Below, piece after piece: positions 22,040 through 31,387 of a DNA stretch of 64,000 bases. The notes beneath the pieces were generated by a model, which was not told where the DNA came from, did no database searches, and worked only from the letters and a program-made list of their open reading frames with translations. A program made the position numbers and the translations under genes. The DNA lies in assembly GCA_041640595.1 (NCBI GenBank), contig JBEPZY010000008.1, positions 8,484 to 72,483 of the forward strand, in the 5' to 3' direction. Within the stretch, counting starts at the first letter, position 1; the number at the start of each line of letters is the position of its first letter. This stretch comes from Gemmatales bacterium (GTDB lineage Bacteria; Planctomycetota; Planctomycetia; Gemmatales; HRBIN36).

Positions 22040-22263
22040 ACCTGATCGCCGAGTTTGACCAGCAGCATTTCCACATACCTGGGTTCCGACTCGGAGGCAC
22101 GGGAATTCTTCGCCTTTTCCGTCACGAAAACGATGACCTTCTCCGGCTCAAAAACCCGCGCCAAGGCTTCCGGGAAGAGGCGGGTCGTGTGGGAGCGCTC
22201 TTCCCACACATAAGTCACCGCCTCGTACCTGCCGGCGCCCACGAAGGAAAAGGCTTTCACCAT
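22040..22263 (-). pseudogene. 5' fragment (~73 codons) of a TM1812/Csx1-like DxTHG-family CARF protein
   Basis: MVKAFSFVGAGRYEAVTYVW...TRLFPEALARVFEPEKVIVFVTEKAK is a typical N-terminus. Similarity ends before the DxTHG motif and the frame runs through unrelated sequence to 21868. Confidence 0.8.
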
Positions 22264-22308
22264 AGGTTACTCTCCTGAGTATTTCGCTCGTCTCATGGTC
22301 TCAAGAAT

Positions 22309-22362
22309 CTATCGAGCATTGGTAAGAAGCGAGGTGCCTACAGTGACTAAGACGGTGCGCAT
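22309..22362 (-). pseudogene. 17-codon remnant of an APE2256-like CARF gene
   Basis: Strong RBS AAGGAGG, then MRTVLVTVGTSLLTNAR*. TVGTSLLxN is the characteristic N-terminal motif of APE2256/Csm6-type CARF domains. Confidence 0.65.
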
Positions 22363-22392
22363 ATATCCTCCTTCGTTCTCATCGTCTTCTCT

Positions 22393-23223
22393 TCATTCCT
22401 TCCACAGGCCGTAGCCGGCCACGGTCTTTGCTCCAACGCCCATTTCTTCGATGGCCTTCTTAAGCCACTCTTTGGCCTTGGTCGCCAACTCGGCTTTCTG
22501 GGAAACTACTGCAAATAGGAACTCACTGCCCGGGCCGATGGTGAGGAAGAAGACGGGCACAGGATTGTGGTAGTCCGCCGGTGGTTGTGCGCCCTGATAA
22601 TACGGAGCGTAATGAGGATTCATCACATCCAGCTCCAACTTTAGGCTGGCGGAATTCGCAGGAATGGCATCAAAGAAGATGACTTGGCCGGCTTCAGCAT
22701 CAGGTGGACTCTTGCCGAAAACCTTTGCAAACAGGGGATCGTTTTCGTTTTTGCACTCCACAAGCTCTGCGTATGCTCGGGCCAGTCCTTTGAGGGCACT
22801 TCCCGGAATAATCGGAAACCCATAGATTCGGTGCAAGCGGATGCTGGTCTCCAGCACACTCTCCGCTCCCAGGCCCACGATGACGCGGCTGGCGGCCCGA
22901 AGCACTAAAGGCCTTACTTCCCACTCAGAGTTCCGGTAAGCTTGCAACATTGCTTCCCATCGCGCTTTGTAGTCACGCACAGGAACAATATCATCCGTAA
23001 AGGTAAGAAATTTCCTGCCATTTGTCGAAAGGGCAAATCGCTCCTTGGATTGTTTTGTGAGTCCCCAGTTTTTGCTGTCGCAAAGTAGGAGTCGATCTAC
23101 CCTCAAACCGTAGTTCTGAGGTTCTTTTTGGCTTGTCTCCAATATGCTCCGTGTATCCTTAGGCAAAGGATAAATGCCCACGCTTGCTTGTGAAGAGCGA
23201 TGCCGCTGAGAAGGACGAGACAT
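22393..23223 (-). CDS. cmr6: Type III-B RAMP Cmr6
   Basis: RVIVGLG, YGFPIIPGSALKG, LDVMNPHY, PVPVFFL, GVGAKTVAGYG. Confidence 0.95.
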   Translation of the reverse strand: MSRPSQRHRSSQASVGIYPLPKDTRSILETSQKEPQNYGLRVDRLLLCDSKNWGLTKQSKERFALSTNGRKFLTFTDDIVPVRDYKARWEAMLQAYRNSEWEVRPLVLRAASRVIVGLGAESVLETSIRLHRIYGFPIIPGSALKGLARAYAELVECKNENDPLFAKVFGKSPPDAEAGQVIFFDAIPANSASLKLELDVMNPHYAPYYQGAQPPADYHNPVPVFFLTIGPGSEFLFAVVSQKAELATKAKEWLKKAIEEMGVGAKTVAGYGLWKE

Positions 23224-23226
23224 AGG

Positions 23227-23637
23227 TCATTCCTCCTCCGCTGGCAGTTCGGCTTCGGCAAAACGCTTGAGCCAGGTCAGGAAAGCCAGGGCTTCTACGG
23301 TCGCCCGACGATAGGAAGCGCTGTCGTTCTGAAGCACCCACTGGAGCAGGTCTCCATTCGTGGCAGGTGAGCTCGGGGCCACTTGACTTAGCACCCACCT
23401 TGAAAGATGGCGAAATAGCACGGTATGCTCATCGGCCGGATCGTTTTTTCCTTTCGCTTTTAGAAAGGCCAACGTCTGTCCGAGACCGTTCGTGAGGATG
23501 AGGGTCGGGACCTTGCGGGCCAGGGACCCGTACTTTTTCTTGAAGTCCTGAGATTTGCTGGTCACCTCGTCCACGCATTCCCACGCCCGCGTGGCTCGTT
23601 GTTGTTCCAGGGTCTTTGGAAGCGACTTCGTGCTCAT
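23227..23637 (-). CDS. cmr5: Type III-B small subunit Cmr5
   Basis: TLEQQRA, ILTNGLGQTLAFLKAK, WLKRFAEA. Start at ATG 23637 overlapping the cmr4 stop. Confidence 0.95.
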   Translation of the reverse strand: MSTKSLPKTLEQQRATRAWECVDEVTSKSQDFKKKYGSLARKVPTLILTNGLGQTLAFLKAKGKNDPADEHTVLFRHLSRWVLSQVAPSSPATNGDLLQWVLQNDSASYRRATVEALAFLTWLKRFAEAELPAEEE

Positions 23638-24599
23638 GGTTGACCTCCGGACTGGGTTGTACTGGCTGCCTGAGCCTGGGCTTGTGGTTTCAGCACGCGC
23701 ACTTTGACGATCCCGCGTCCCACGGTGGCATCGCCGCCAAGTTGCAAGCGTTTGCCGTCGGTGGCTTTCTCCACGAACTCCAGGAGCTTTCCAGCTCGGT
23801 CGTTGGCCTGTTTCCAATCGTCGGGTAACTCGTCGTCTTTTACTCGTGGCTTGCTGGCAAAGAGTGTCGCATACAGGAGGGTCTCCGAGGGCAGATGCTC
23901 TTCGGTCCAGAGGACGCCCTGCTCGACTGTCTTTTTGGTGTCATCGATGCGCACCCGGGCAATGATTTCCGTGGAGAGCTGGACGAAATCCCGGAAGGCA
24001 TTTTCTGGCAAGATGACCAGGCGCTTTTCCAGGGAATCACGCCAGTAGCTGTACTCAGCTTCCTGGGGCAGAGCATGCGCTTTGAGCCATTCTGCGATGG
24101 TTTTTACGTTCTCATTCCCTTGAGCTGTAAAGGCAAATTCCTCCAACACGACCTTTCCGTTCACCAGAAGTGCACTTTGCTGGGACACGAAGGCGGTGCC
24201 GTCGTCCGGCGGCCCAATCGGACGCCAATTCACTGCAAGACCCGCCATTTCTGCTTCCCGCTGGAAGCGGGCCAAGACATTCTTGCTGGTGACCCAGGCA
24301 AAAACCCCGATGAGGGACCGTACTGGGAAAAGCAAAATCCGGGCATCGCCGACGGAAAGGGCGCCGGCGTGATCGGAGGCCTGTTGGGTATCGGGACCAA
24401 AAACAATCTCCACCTTTTGTTGCGAGTTGCCACTGGCTACATCCCGCAAGCACCCCTTGAGTCCCGAGGCCTGAATCATGGGATAGCCCGTGGTGCGCTC
24501 CCGCTGGATGGGCAGGTCCACGATTCCCAGGCTCGTGCCGCTCCCCGCATGGAGCGGGGTTTCCGTGTAAAGGAAAAGCATTGCTGCCTGGTCAAACAT
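23634..24599 (-). CDS. cmr4: Type III-B RAMP Cmr4 (target-RNA nuclease)
   Basis: TPLHAGSG, VDLPIQRE (catalytic Asp present), LLFPVRS, LWTEEHLP, QLGGDATVGRG. Confidence 0.96.
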   Translation of the reverse strand: MFDQAAMLFLYTETPLHAGSGTSLGIVDLPIQRERTTGYPMIQASGLKGCLRDVASGNSQQKVEIVFGPDTQQASDHAGALSVGDARILLFPVRSLIGVFAWVTSKNVLARFQREAEMAGLAVNWRPIGPPDDGTAFVSQQSALLVNGKVVLEEFAFTAQGNENVKTIAEWLKAHALPQEAEYSYWRDSLEKRLVILPENAFRDFVQLSTEIIARVRIDDTKKTVEQGVLWTEEHLPSETLLYATLFASKPRVKDDELPDDWKQANDRAGKLLEFVEKATDGKRLQLGGDATVGRGIVKVRVLKPQAQAQAASTTQSGGQP

Positions 24600-24610
24600 T
24601 GCAACCTCCT

Positions 24611-25747
24611 TTATGCATAGTTCCACTCACCGATGGCGCAGGTGCCAAATCCGATTTGTCCGTAGTCGCCCTCCCCCATGGGAGTTTCGGTGAAGGGCTT
24701 GCTGGCCCACGAAGCCAAGTCCTCACCCTCAAAGAAGTACACGCTTCCGGCTGGCACGAAGCGACGCATGGGCTTCTGGAAAGCCCCCTTGCGTCGCTGG
24801 TCATCTACATACGCCCCGCCGATCGCCTGATAGCGAGGGACAATAGCCGAAACCAGCCGAACCGAGCCCTTGGGGTCATTGAAAAACTCTCCCCAGTTTC
24901 CGCCTAATGGCATCCAGCCCTCGGAAAACCATGCTGGCGTCAAAAGCACTACCTTGAAGCGATGGGGCAAGGGATTTGGCGGGCTCAGGAGCGAACCTAA
25001 TCCAGACTCCTGCACCTCGTAATAAGCCGCACGGGACTCTCCCCCAAGCTGGAGAAAACCCTTTTTCCCTTTCCAATCTTTCGAGGCGATGCCGCCCACT
25101 TCTACCCAAAAGGCCACCCCTTCTTTGAGCCGGAGGAATTCCGCCAAGTAAAGATACGATTCGCGTACGGTGCGCCTATCCCGTTCCATCGCTATGCCGA
25201 AGCGATGTTCCCGCTCCACGAACTCGCATTCCTTATGCACTTGGCTCGGAGCTACTCCCTGGAGGTAGCGTCTAAGCTCTGCCTCACTTATCCATCCCTG
25301 CGCTTCTTCTAGGTGCTCGGTCGTTCGAATCCATGGTGACTGAAGGTTATCCGGCAGATTGGATCGCCAGGGTGAGTCTTTGAGGGGTTGCAGAACCCTA
25401 TAGGAGCCTCCCACACGCACCACATCGGCTGGTAAGGGAAAGTAGCACGACCACTGGCCGTTCTCCTGTCGGGCAAGGAACGGTCCACGAAAATGGAGTG
25501 TCCCGTAACTTCCCTGAGGGGTCCCGATCAACTGGCGTAGCTGCTGGGCTGCCGGCGTTGAGCCCTGGGCATAATCCCCAGGGCTCACGCCGCTGGAAAA
25601 GAGCACCCGTGCTCGGATGGAACCCTGAATAGTAAAAGGCGTTGGTGGAAAGAGGCTCCGGGCCCGTATGTCTGTGCCCGCCGAGAAAGGTTTCCCATCC
25701 CGGAAAAGCAGGACATCATGAGGTTCTATGAGGAGTGAAAAGTTCAT
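24611..25747 (-). CDS. cmr3: Type III-B Cmr3
   Basis: EPHDVLLFRDGKPF, LGGESR, LLTPAWF, VPAGSVYFF, IGFG. Confidence 0.95.
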   Translation of the reverse strand: MNFSLLIEPHDVLLFRDGKPFSAGTDIRARSLFPPTPFTIQGSIRARVLFSSGVSPGDYAQGSTPAAQQLRQLIGTPQGSYGTLHFRGPFLARQENGQWSCYFPLPADVVRVGGSYRVLQPLKDSPWRSNLPDNLQSPWIRTTEHLEEAQGWISEAELRRYLQGVAPSQVHKECEFVEREHRFGIAMERDRRTVRESYLYLAEFLRLKEGVAFWVEVGGIASKDWKGKKGFLQLGGESRAAYYEVQESGLGSLLSPPNPLPHRFKVVLLTPAWFSEGWMPLGGNWGEFFNDPKGSVRLVSAIVPRYQAIGGAYVDDQRRKGAFQKPMRRFVPAGSVYFFEGEDLASWASKPFTETPMGEGDYGQIGFGTCAIGEWNYA

Positions 25748-28611
25748 GCTTCCCCTCCTCGGACCATGAAACTGCAAACCAGCAGCCAACGACTCATCTC
25801 AACGAAGCCGCTGGGAGACGAATCTTTTTCAGGCTCACAGGGGTCAAGTGGTGGAGGGACTGTTGCTTGCACCCACTGGACGAGCTTCTCCGAAAACTCT
25901 TCTGCCTGAGCCTCCTTCTCCTCTCCACGGAGCTTCTCGCCCGCTTGTCGCGTGAGCAAGCGCCTGAGCTCGGCTGCCTGGGCATCGGAGGAGAGTCCCT
26001 CCAGAGTCCAGGCTTCTGCCTGGACTACATAGGGCCATTTGCCGCTGATTTGTTCCTCCTGAAGACGTTGAATCAGCTTGATGAGTAATGCCATCACATC
26101 CGGGATTGTGTCATAGCTCCAGTTCGTGCCCACTGTTATGGCCTCGCCGGAGCGCTTGAGGACTTCCACGGCCAGGGCATTGCGGCCGTAGTGGTGCTTA
26201 GCGGCGTGCTCTGCCCGACGCACGGCCTGCAGAGCCAAGTCCAGCGGCTGGAGGTGATGGGTAAAGACCATTCCCATCGAGGCGGTCGCCTGCGGCCCCA
26301 TCGTAAGGAAGACCCCATTCCCCCACTCTACATAGCCGGTCACGGCATCCTTCAGGCACACCTCCAGATTCCCGTTCACGAACCGAATATGCCCGCTGAA
26401 GGCGGCCCGTAGTTCTCGGGCTACCGCCAGTGCATCCTCCAATGGCACCAGGGCCAGCACATCGTCCCCACCGGCGTAAACGAGGCGCCCGGGGTAACGT
26501 TCTTCGACAATATGAGGCACAACTCTCATGGCAAAGTGCCCTAACGCTTGGGAAATAGCCGCATGCACGGCAGGCGTGATCAAGCGCTTCGTTTCAAGAA
26601 TCGACCCCCAGTTGGGATCGTTCTGCAATGCCGCCCGGATTTTAGGATGAAGAATATCGCCCAAGGTGGCTAATCCTGCATGGGTACCGCTGAGCCACCG
26701 CCCCATGTGATCGCCGTCCATGTAGAGCAAGGCGTAATACTTGGCAGGCTTTGTGCCCAATGTCTGGCAAAGCCTACGGAGGGCTTCTTTGGCTTTCTGA
26801 ATATCGCCATCTGTTATCGTGGCTCCGGCTTCTTCGAGACGTTCGTTAGTCCAAGACTCAACATGGAGCCACTCTCCGTCTATGTGTAGAAGCTTTTCGA
26901 CCAGATCGCCTTCTGCACCGCTGAGGCTTTGCTTCTGGTTTTCAAGGTACGGCACAGCGCCTTGAGCGACCGTTGCCAGGGGCGGATGGGCTATCTTGAG
27001 AAAATCGTCCAGGGCTTGCCGGACCTCTTGCCGGCCTTCCTTCAAGGCCTCCAGAACTCGTTTCTTGAAAGACGCCGCGGCAATCTCGCTGGTTGAAGGA
27101 AAACCGCTCCGAAGCCCGAACTCGCTTTCCAACACCTCTCGCTGGACGAAACGTTTCACTGTGCAGATAGCACAGAGACGCTCCTTGCCGTCAGGTTTGA
27201 TGTCGTAGCGGTTTTTAGCACGCAGGTTTTTAGCGACCTGCTCCCAAAACGCCTTGCTATCCTGCGTGTTCGAGCGTAGCGCAGCGCGTTGGCCGCACTG
27301 GGTGCACTTGTCGCCTGTTTCCTCAGTCTGAGTGAAGTTTCGCAGGGCTTTCCGAGCATTGAAAGCTCGGTCGACTAAGTCGTATAGGAGGCTCCATACT
27401 GTGCCCCAGTTGGGGTCGTATTGGCCGTTCTTCTGCAGGGATTTGTAAATCCGATGGAATTCCCAGCCATCACCTTCGGGAGGCTGGCAGAGCTGTTCGT
27501 AAAGCTGCTTACCCGCCTCTGCCTGCGCTGTCCCGTGCGGCTGGTCGGTACCAGGGTCGGTACCAGGCCAGGGGAAGACTACCCAGTAGATTTCCAGATG
27601 GCCTTGAATCTGACTCTGCCAGCAGCTGGCCGTTTGCTCATCGGCAGGCAGGATGCTCGAGGTCGCGAGGGCGTTGTAAACTTCCTGCGCTAAGCGTTGC
27701 CATTCTTCCTGGACAGCTTTTTCTGCTCTCTCGGCCGCTTTGGAAGCTTCCTCCGCAGGCAGAAGGGCTAGGAAGCGGTTAGGGAAGGTGGGGCGGCTCA
27801 GGTCCTCCGGAGAGGGTTGGCAGGGTAGGTTATATGTCTTGTGCAGCCAGCGGTCACATAACGGCTGCTCCCGAAGCGAGGGGAACACGATCACATCCGG
27901 TCCGAACTCGTCAGCCAGACACTCCATCGCCTTCCAAGAAAGGTACGAGAGGAGCCAGCTGCCCATCCAGAGGTCCTGGGTGCGCCGGGCCGCTGCAATG
28001 AAGTCTTGCACAGGCCCGATCGAGAAAACCAAAAATGCCGGCTGAGGCAAGGCACCCGCAATCGCCGCCGAAATGGAAAGATGCTGCTCCAGAGGATGAT
28101 CCGGCTGGCGAGTGTCCGCCGGCAGAAGATTCACCCAGCTTTTGAGGCTTGTCTGTCTCGCCAGCTCTGCATACAAAAGGCGCCAGATATGAAAGTACAG
28201 GCATTTCTCTTTGTCGGGCTGTTTGGTTAACTGGTCCACCCATCGCTGGAGGATGTTCTGGCCGGCCACTGCCTGAACCTCGTTGTCCAGTTGCTGAAGA
28301 TTTTGAGCAGGCAGTTGCACGCGCTGAGATTGTGCACCTGCTGCGAGAGGATGCGTAAGAGTGGGCTCGACCTGGTCCCAGTAAGCTGTCGCCCCTGCTG
28401 GGAAATTCACCCGGTCGGCGGCCGAGGCAATATGGTCGGCTTTCGTCGCCTGGGCTTTCTCGTCCGCATCAGCTGGACGCCCTAAGGCGATTTTCTGGAG
28501 AGCCTCCGCCAGCTGTTCGTGCGAAGTGCCCTGCACCGACCGCAATACCAGCGCCTTCCCCGGTGGGTCGTGCAGAAAGGCGACGATTTTGCGCGTCCAG
28601 CGCGTTACCAT
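25744..28611 (-). CDS. cmr2: Type III-B Cas10/Cmr2
   Basis: FLHDPPGK, ADHIASAADR, IGPVQDFIAAARRTQDLWMGSWLLS, two CxxC pairs, MDGDHMG and intact cyclase motif VYAGGDD. Confidence 0.97.
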   Translation of the reverse strand: MVTRWTRKIVAFLHDPPGKALVLRSVQGTSHEQLAEALQKIALGRPADADEKAQATKADHIASAADRVNFPAGATAYWDQVEPTLTHPLAAGAQSQRVQLPAQNLQQLDNEVQAVAGQNILQRWVDQLTKQPDKEKCLYFHIWRLLYAELARQTSLKSWVNLLPADTRQPDHPLEQHLSISAAIAGALPQPAFLVFSIGPVQDFIAAARRTQDLWMGSWLLSYLSWKAMECLADEFGPDVIVFPSLREQPLCDRWLHKTYNLPCQPSPEDLSRPTFPNRFLALLPAEEASKAAERAEKAVQEEWQRLAQEVYNALATSSILPADEQTASCWQSQIQGHLEIYWVVFPWPGTDPGTDQPHGTAQAEAGKQLYEQLCQPPEGDGWEFHRIYKSLQKNGQYDPNWGTVWSLLYDLVDRAFNARKALRNFTQTEETGDKCTQCGQRAALRSNTQDSKAFWEQVAKNLRAKNRYDIKPDGKERLCAICTVKRFVQREVLESEFGLRSGFPSTSEIAAASFKKRVLEALKEGRQEVRQALDDFLKIAHPPLATVAQGAVPYLENQKQSLSGAEGDLVEKLLHIDGEWLHVESWTNERLEEAGATITDGDIQKAKEALRRLCQTLGTKPAKYYALLYMDGDHMGRWLSGTHAGLATLGDILHPKIRAALQNDPNWGSILETKRLITPAVHAAISQALGHFAMRVVPHIVEERYPGRLVYAGGDDVLALVPLEDALAVARELRAAFSGHIRFVNGNLEVCLKDAVTGYVEWGNGVFLTMGPQATASMGMVFTHHLQPLDLALQAVRRAEHAAKHHYGRNALAVEVLKRSGEAITVGTNWSYDTIPDVMALLIKLIQRLQEEQISGKWPYVVQAEAWTLEGLSSDAQAAELRRLLTRQAGEKLRGEEKEAQAEEFSEKLVQWVQATVPPPLDPCEPEKDSSPSGFVEMSRWLLVCSFMVRGGEA

Positions 28612-29552
28612 GAGGTGTTTCCTCGCATTATCCAAGTTCCTTGCCAACTTTGCGCACAATCTTTTAAGAAGTTTTCAAGCTTCCTCCAATTTGGAGGGCT
28701 GCTCGCGAAGCGGCTTCGGAAAGCGGTCATGAGCAAGTGATACTTGCTTCCAATTTTCACGACGCGCAAATGTAAAGGAGAAGCCTGACGCCCAGCACCA
28801 CCGGTAAAACCGAAAACACGATCGTCCCGATATTTTTCAGACCTTAGCAGGTCCCAGAAGTTCTTCATTGCTTCTTCCCACGTTGCCAACTGGTGTTTGC
28901 AGAAAAGGATCCTCGTGTGATCGGGGTGCAAAATCGGAAAAGCAGGAGGTGTGCCGGGAACATCTGTGGCGATTTTCAGTATGCTTGTCAGCGTTTGGGC
29001 TTCGGTTTGGGCTTTCGTGATGACTTGGTCCAGCGCCATCTGAAACTTAGCTGCGTTCTGGTAATCCTCAGGGGTAAAGGGAGGAAAGTCTTCCGCCTTT
29101 TGCAGACGAAGGGTACCGAAGCCTCGCCTTGAGCGCTTTCCCACCCCACCCAGTAAAAACCAGAGGGCTGTTGTAAAAAGCACAATCTGACTCACACTGG
29201 TATAAGGCCGCCGGGGGATAAGTTCGAGAGAGAAGGTCTCAGATGGTTTTATGCCGCTGAAAGTGAAGGATTTCTGAGAATTGTGGAGCAAAGGTCGGTA
29301 GGGACCTTGTTGTACGTTGCCAGCAACTCGCATCACAACCGGTGAAGCGCCACTATCTGTGCTTCCAAAGACAGTCGCTTCGGCTTGGCGGAGCGCGTCG
29401 AGATTTTTATCCCCAATCATGCCGCCCAGGAGGGCCCGGAGCCAGAAGCGGAGGGCGCCCCGAAAAGAAGCGGCGCGTAGTTCTGGCTCTCCCCGCGGGT
29501 CGGCTCCACCGAGAAATAAGGGGGTAACTGTTTCGAGGTGTAGCACAGCCAT
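28605..29552 (-). CDS. cmr1: Type III-B RAMP Cmr1
   Basis: VTPLFLGGAD, ELRAASFRGALRFWLRA, GGVGKRSRRGFG, RQASPL. Confidence 0.95.
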   Translation of the reverse strand: MAVLHLETVTPLFLGGADPRGEPELRAASFRGALRFWLRALLGGMIGDKNLDALRQAEATVFGSTDSGASPVVMRVAGNVQQGPYRPLLHNSQKSFTFSGIKPSETFSLELIPRRPYTSVSQIVLFTTALWFLLGGVGKRSRRGFGTLRLQKAEDFPPFTPEDYQNAAKFQMALDQVITKAQTEAQTLTSILKIATDVPGTPPAFPILHPDHTRILFCKHQLATWEEAMKNFWDLLRSEKYRDDRVFGFTGGAGRQASPLHLRVVKIGSKYHLLMTAFRSRFASSPPNWRKLENFLKDCAQSWQGTWIMRGNTSW

Positions 29553-29572
29553 GGGTACTTCCCCTAACTACT

Positions 29573-29761
29573 TCAGGCACTTTTGCCACCCTGCCGCAGC
29601 AGCTCCTCGGCAAAGGCGGCGGCGATTCCGCTCGTCAGCACCAGGTGCTCGTACAGCGAAATCCGGCCGACTCGACCATCGGCCAGAAGGTAACTTTCCT
29701 GGCCCAGCGATTCTTCAAATTCCCGGTGAAAACTCGCTACAAGTTCTTCCAGGTCGCTCAT
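29573..29761 (-). pseudogene. Short fragment resembling a Cas10-family N-terminal region
   Basis: 62 aa containing LADGRVGRISLYEHLVLTSGIAAA, comparable to the Cas10 motif ISLYxHLxxTxAIA (Cmr2 here has PADTRQPDHPLEQHLSISAAIA). Ends 20 bp before cmr1. Confidence 0.5.
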
Positions 29762-30252
29762 GCTTTCCGCCCATTTCGACGAATGCCGTTCGCAGTCAGC
29801 TCTGCGGACTGCAATTCCTTTTTCCAGCGGTTGACGCTGGCCACGATCACAGGCCCGACGCTTCTGGAGCATATCTTCATTCACGGCTCCCTTTCGTTTC
29901 ACCTGGTTACCGTGGATTCGGGCCGAACGTGCTCCTTGATTTCAGGAAGAGTCAGAAAGACCTCCGCACGATGTTTCGCGTCGCCAGTCTGAAGCAACAC
30001 CACCAGCCGCGTATGTCCCTAGCGATTTTCTGGCTCAACGGACTCGCCAAAGGTAACTGATGCGATCCCGGTGATTTACCACGCGGGTGGGCCACAAAGG
30101 ATGTTGTGAACACGGGCGACATCGGTGGCATCCTCGTTTGGTGCATTTTACACGGTTGCTATACTTGTATTCGAGAATCCAAACCGCGGCAATGGTCAAC
30201 ACTCGATTTTGTCTCTGATTGGCACAATGGCGACCGGCCGCGGAAACGGCAG

Positions 30253-30545
30253 CTATGGACGCCACCGGTTGGGAACCTGCCCGGGCTTCTTCCCCATTGG
30301 TATTTATCGCACAGTAACTACGGACGCCGCCGGTTGGGAATCTGCCTCAGCTTCCTCTCGTGGCTCGACGACCTGTTCGCGCCTATGGGATGCCACCGGT
30401 TCGGAATCTACCCCAGCAGTGCCTACGACCAGACTCGCCGGGGTCAACGACGCAAGCACGATATCCCGGTTTGGGAATCTACTCCCAGCAGTGCCTACGA
30501 CCAGACGTGCCAAGGTCAGCAGCGGAAGGAAGATGTCCCGGTTTC
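30253..30545. repeat. Degenerate repeat array, ~30-bp unit CTAYGGACGCCRCCGGTTGGGAAYCTGCC, periods 65/66/71/72
   Basis: GGAAYCT core at 30272, 30337, 30403 and 30474. The first two intervals are distinct 35-mers; later units share cagcagtgcctacgaccagac. Confidence 0.75.
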
Positions 30546-30839
30546 GCGGCTGATGGTGTGTGGCAACTTGTTCCCGTGCCGTGTGCAGATTCCCCAGTGG
30601 CCGTGCAATGACGAAATGGCAACTCGCAATCGGCATGTCCACGTGCTTGGGCAGGTGCACAGAGTGCGGTGTGGAGATAGGCCGGGCGCCGTGTAATGAC
30701 AAAAGCGCGGCTCGCCATCTGCAGGCCAAAGCGTTGGCGCAGGTGTGTCCGCAGCAGTTGGCGGCTAATGCGGGCTATGGTGCGGAGTGCGTTCCCGAGT
30801 TGTGTCGGGAGCGGTGGCGGGTAAGCAGTTGGATACCGC

Positions 30840-31387
30840 TGGCGGTGCGTAGTCGGAATGGTCAAGTGCAATCCCACCGTTGGAGGGCGTGGTCAATGAC
30901 CCATGTTCCGATGTGGCAGCGTCTGGTCGGAAAGGCCAAGTGCAATCACCGCCTGCGGCTCCGGCTTCGGCCAACCAGGCACCCCGCTGGCAGTGTCTCG
31001 TCGGAATGGCCAAGTGCAATCACACCGTTGGAGGCCGTGGTCAATGACCCATGTTCCGAAGTGGCAGTGTCTGGTCGGAAAGGCCAAGTGCAATCACCGC
31101 CTGGGGCTTCGGCTTCGGCCAACCAGGCATCCCGCTGGCAGCGTCTCGTCGGAATGGCCAAGTGCAATCACACCGTTGGAGGGCGTGGTCAATGACCCAT
31201 GTTCCGAGGTGGCAGCGTCTGGTCGGAAAGGGCAAGTGCAATCACCGCCTGCGGCTCCGGCTTCGGCCAACCAGCCACCCCGCTGGCAGTGTCTGATCGG
31301 AATGGCCAAGTGCAATCCCACCGTTGGAGGGCGTGGTCAATGACCCATGTTTCGAGGTGGCAGCGTCTGGACGGAAAGGGCAAGTGC
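30840..31387. repeat. 74-bp-period array: 8 copies of a ~36-bp core with two alternating ~38-bp intervals (148-bp higher-order repeat)
   Basis: caagtgc at 30863, 30937, 31011, 31085, 31159, 31233, 31307 and 31381, all exactly 74 apart. Core TGGCAGYGTCTSGTCGGAAWGGCCAAGTGCAATC. Confidence 0.95.
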
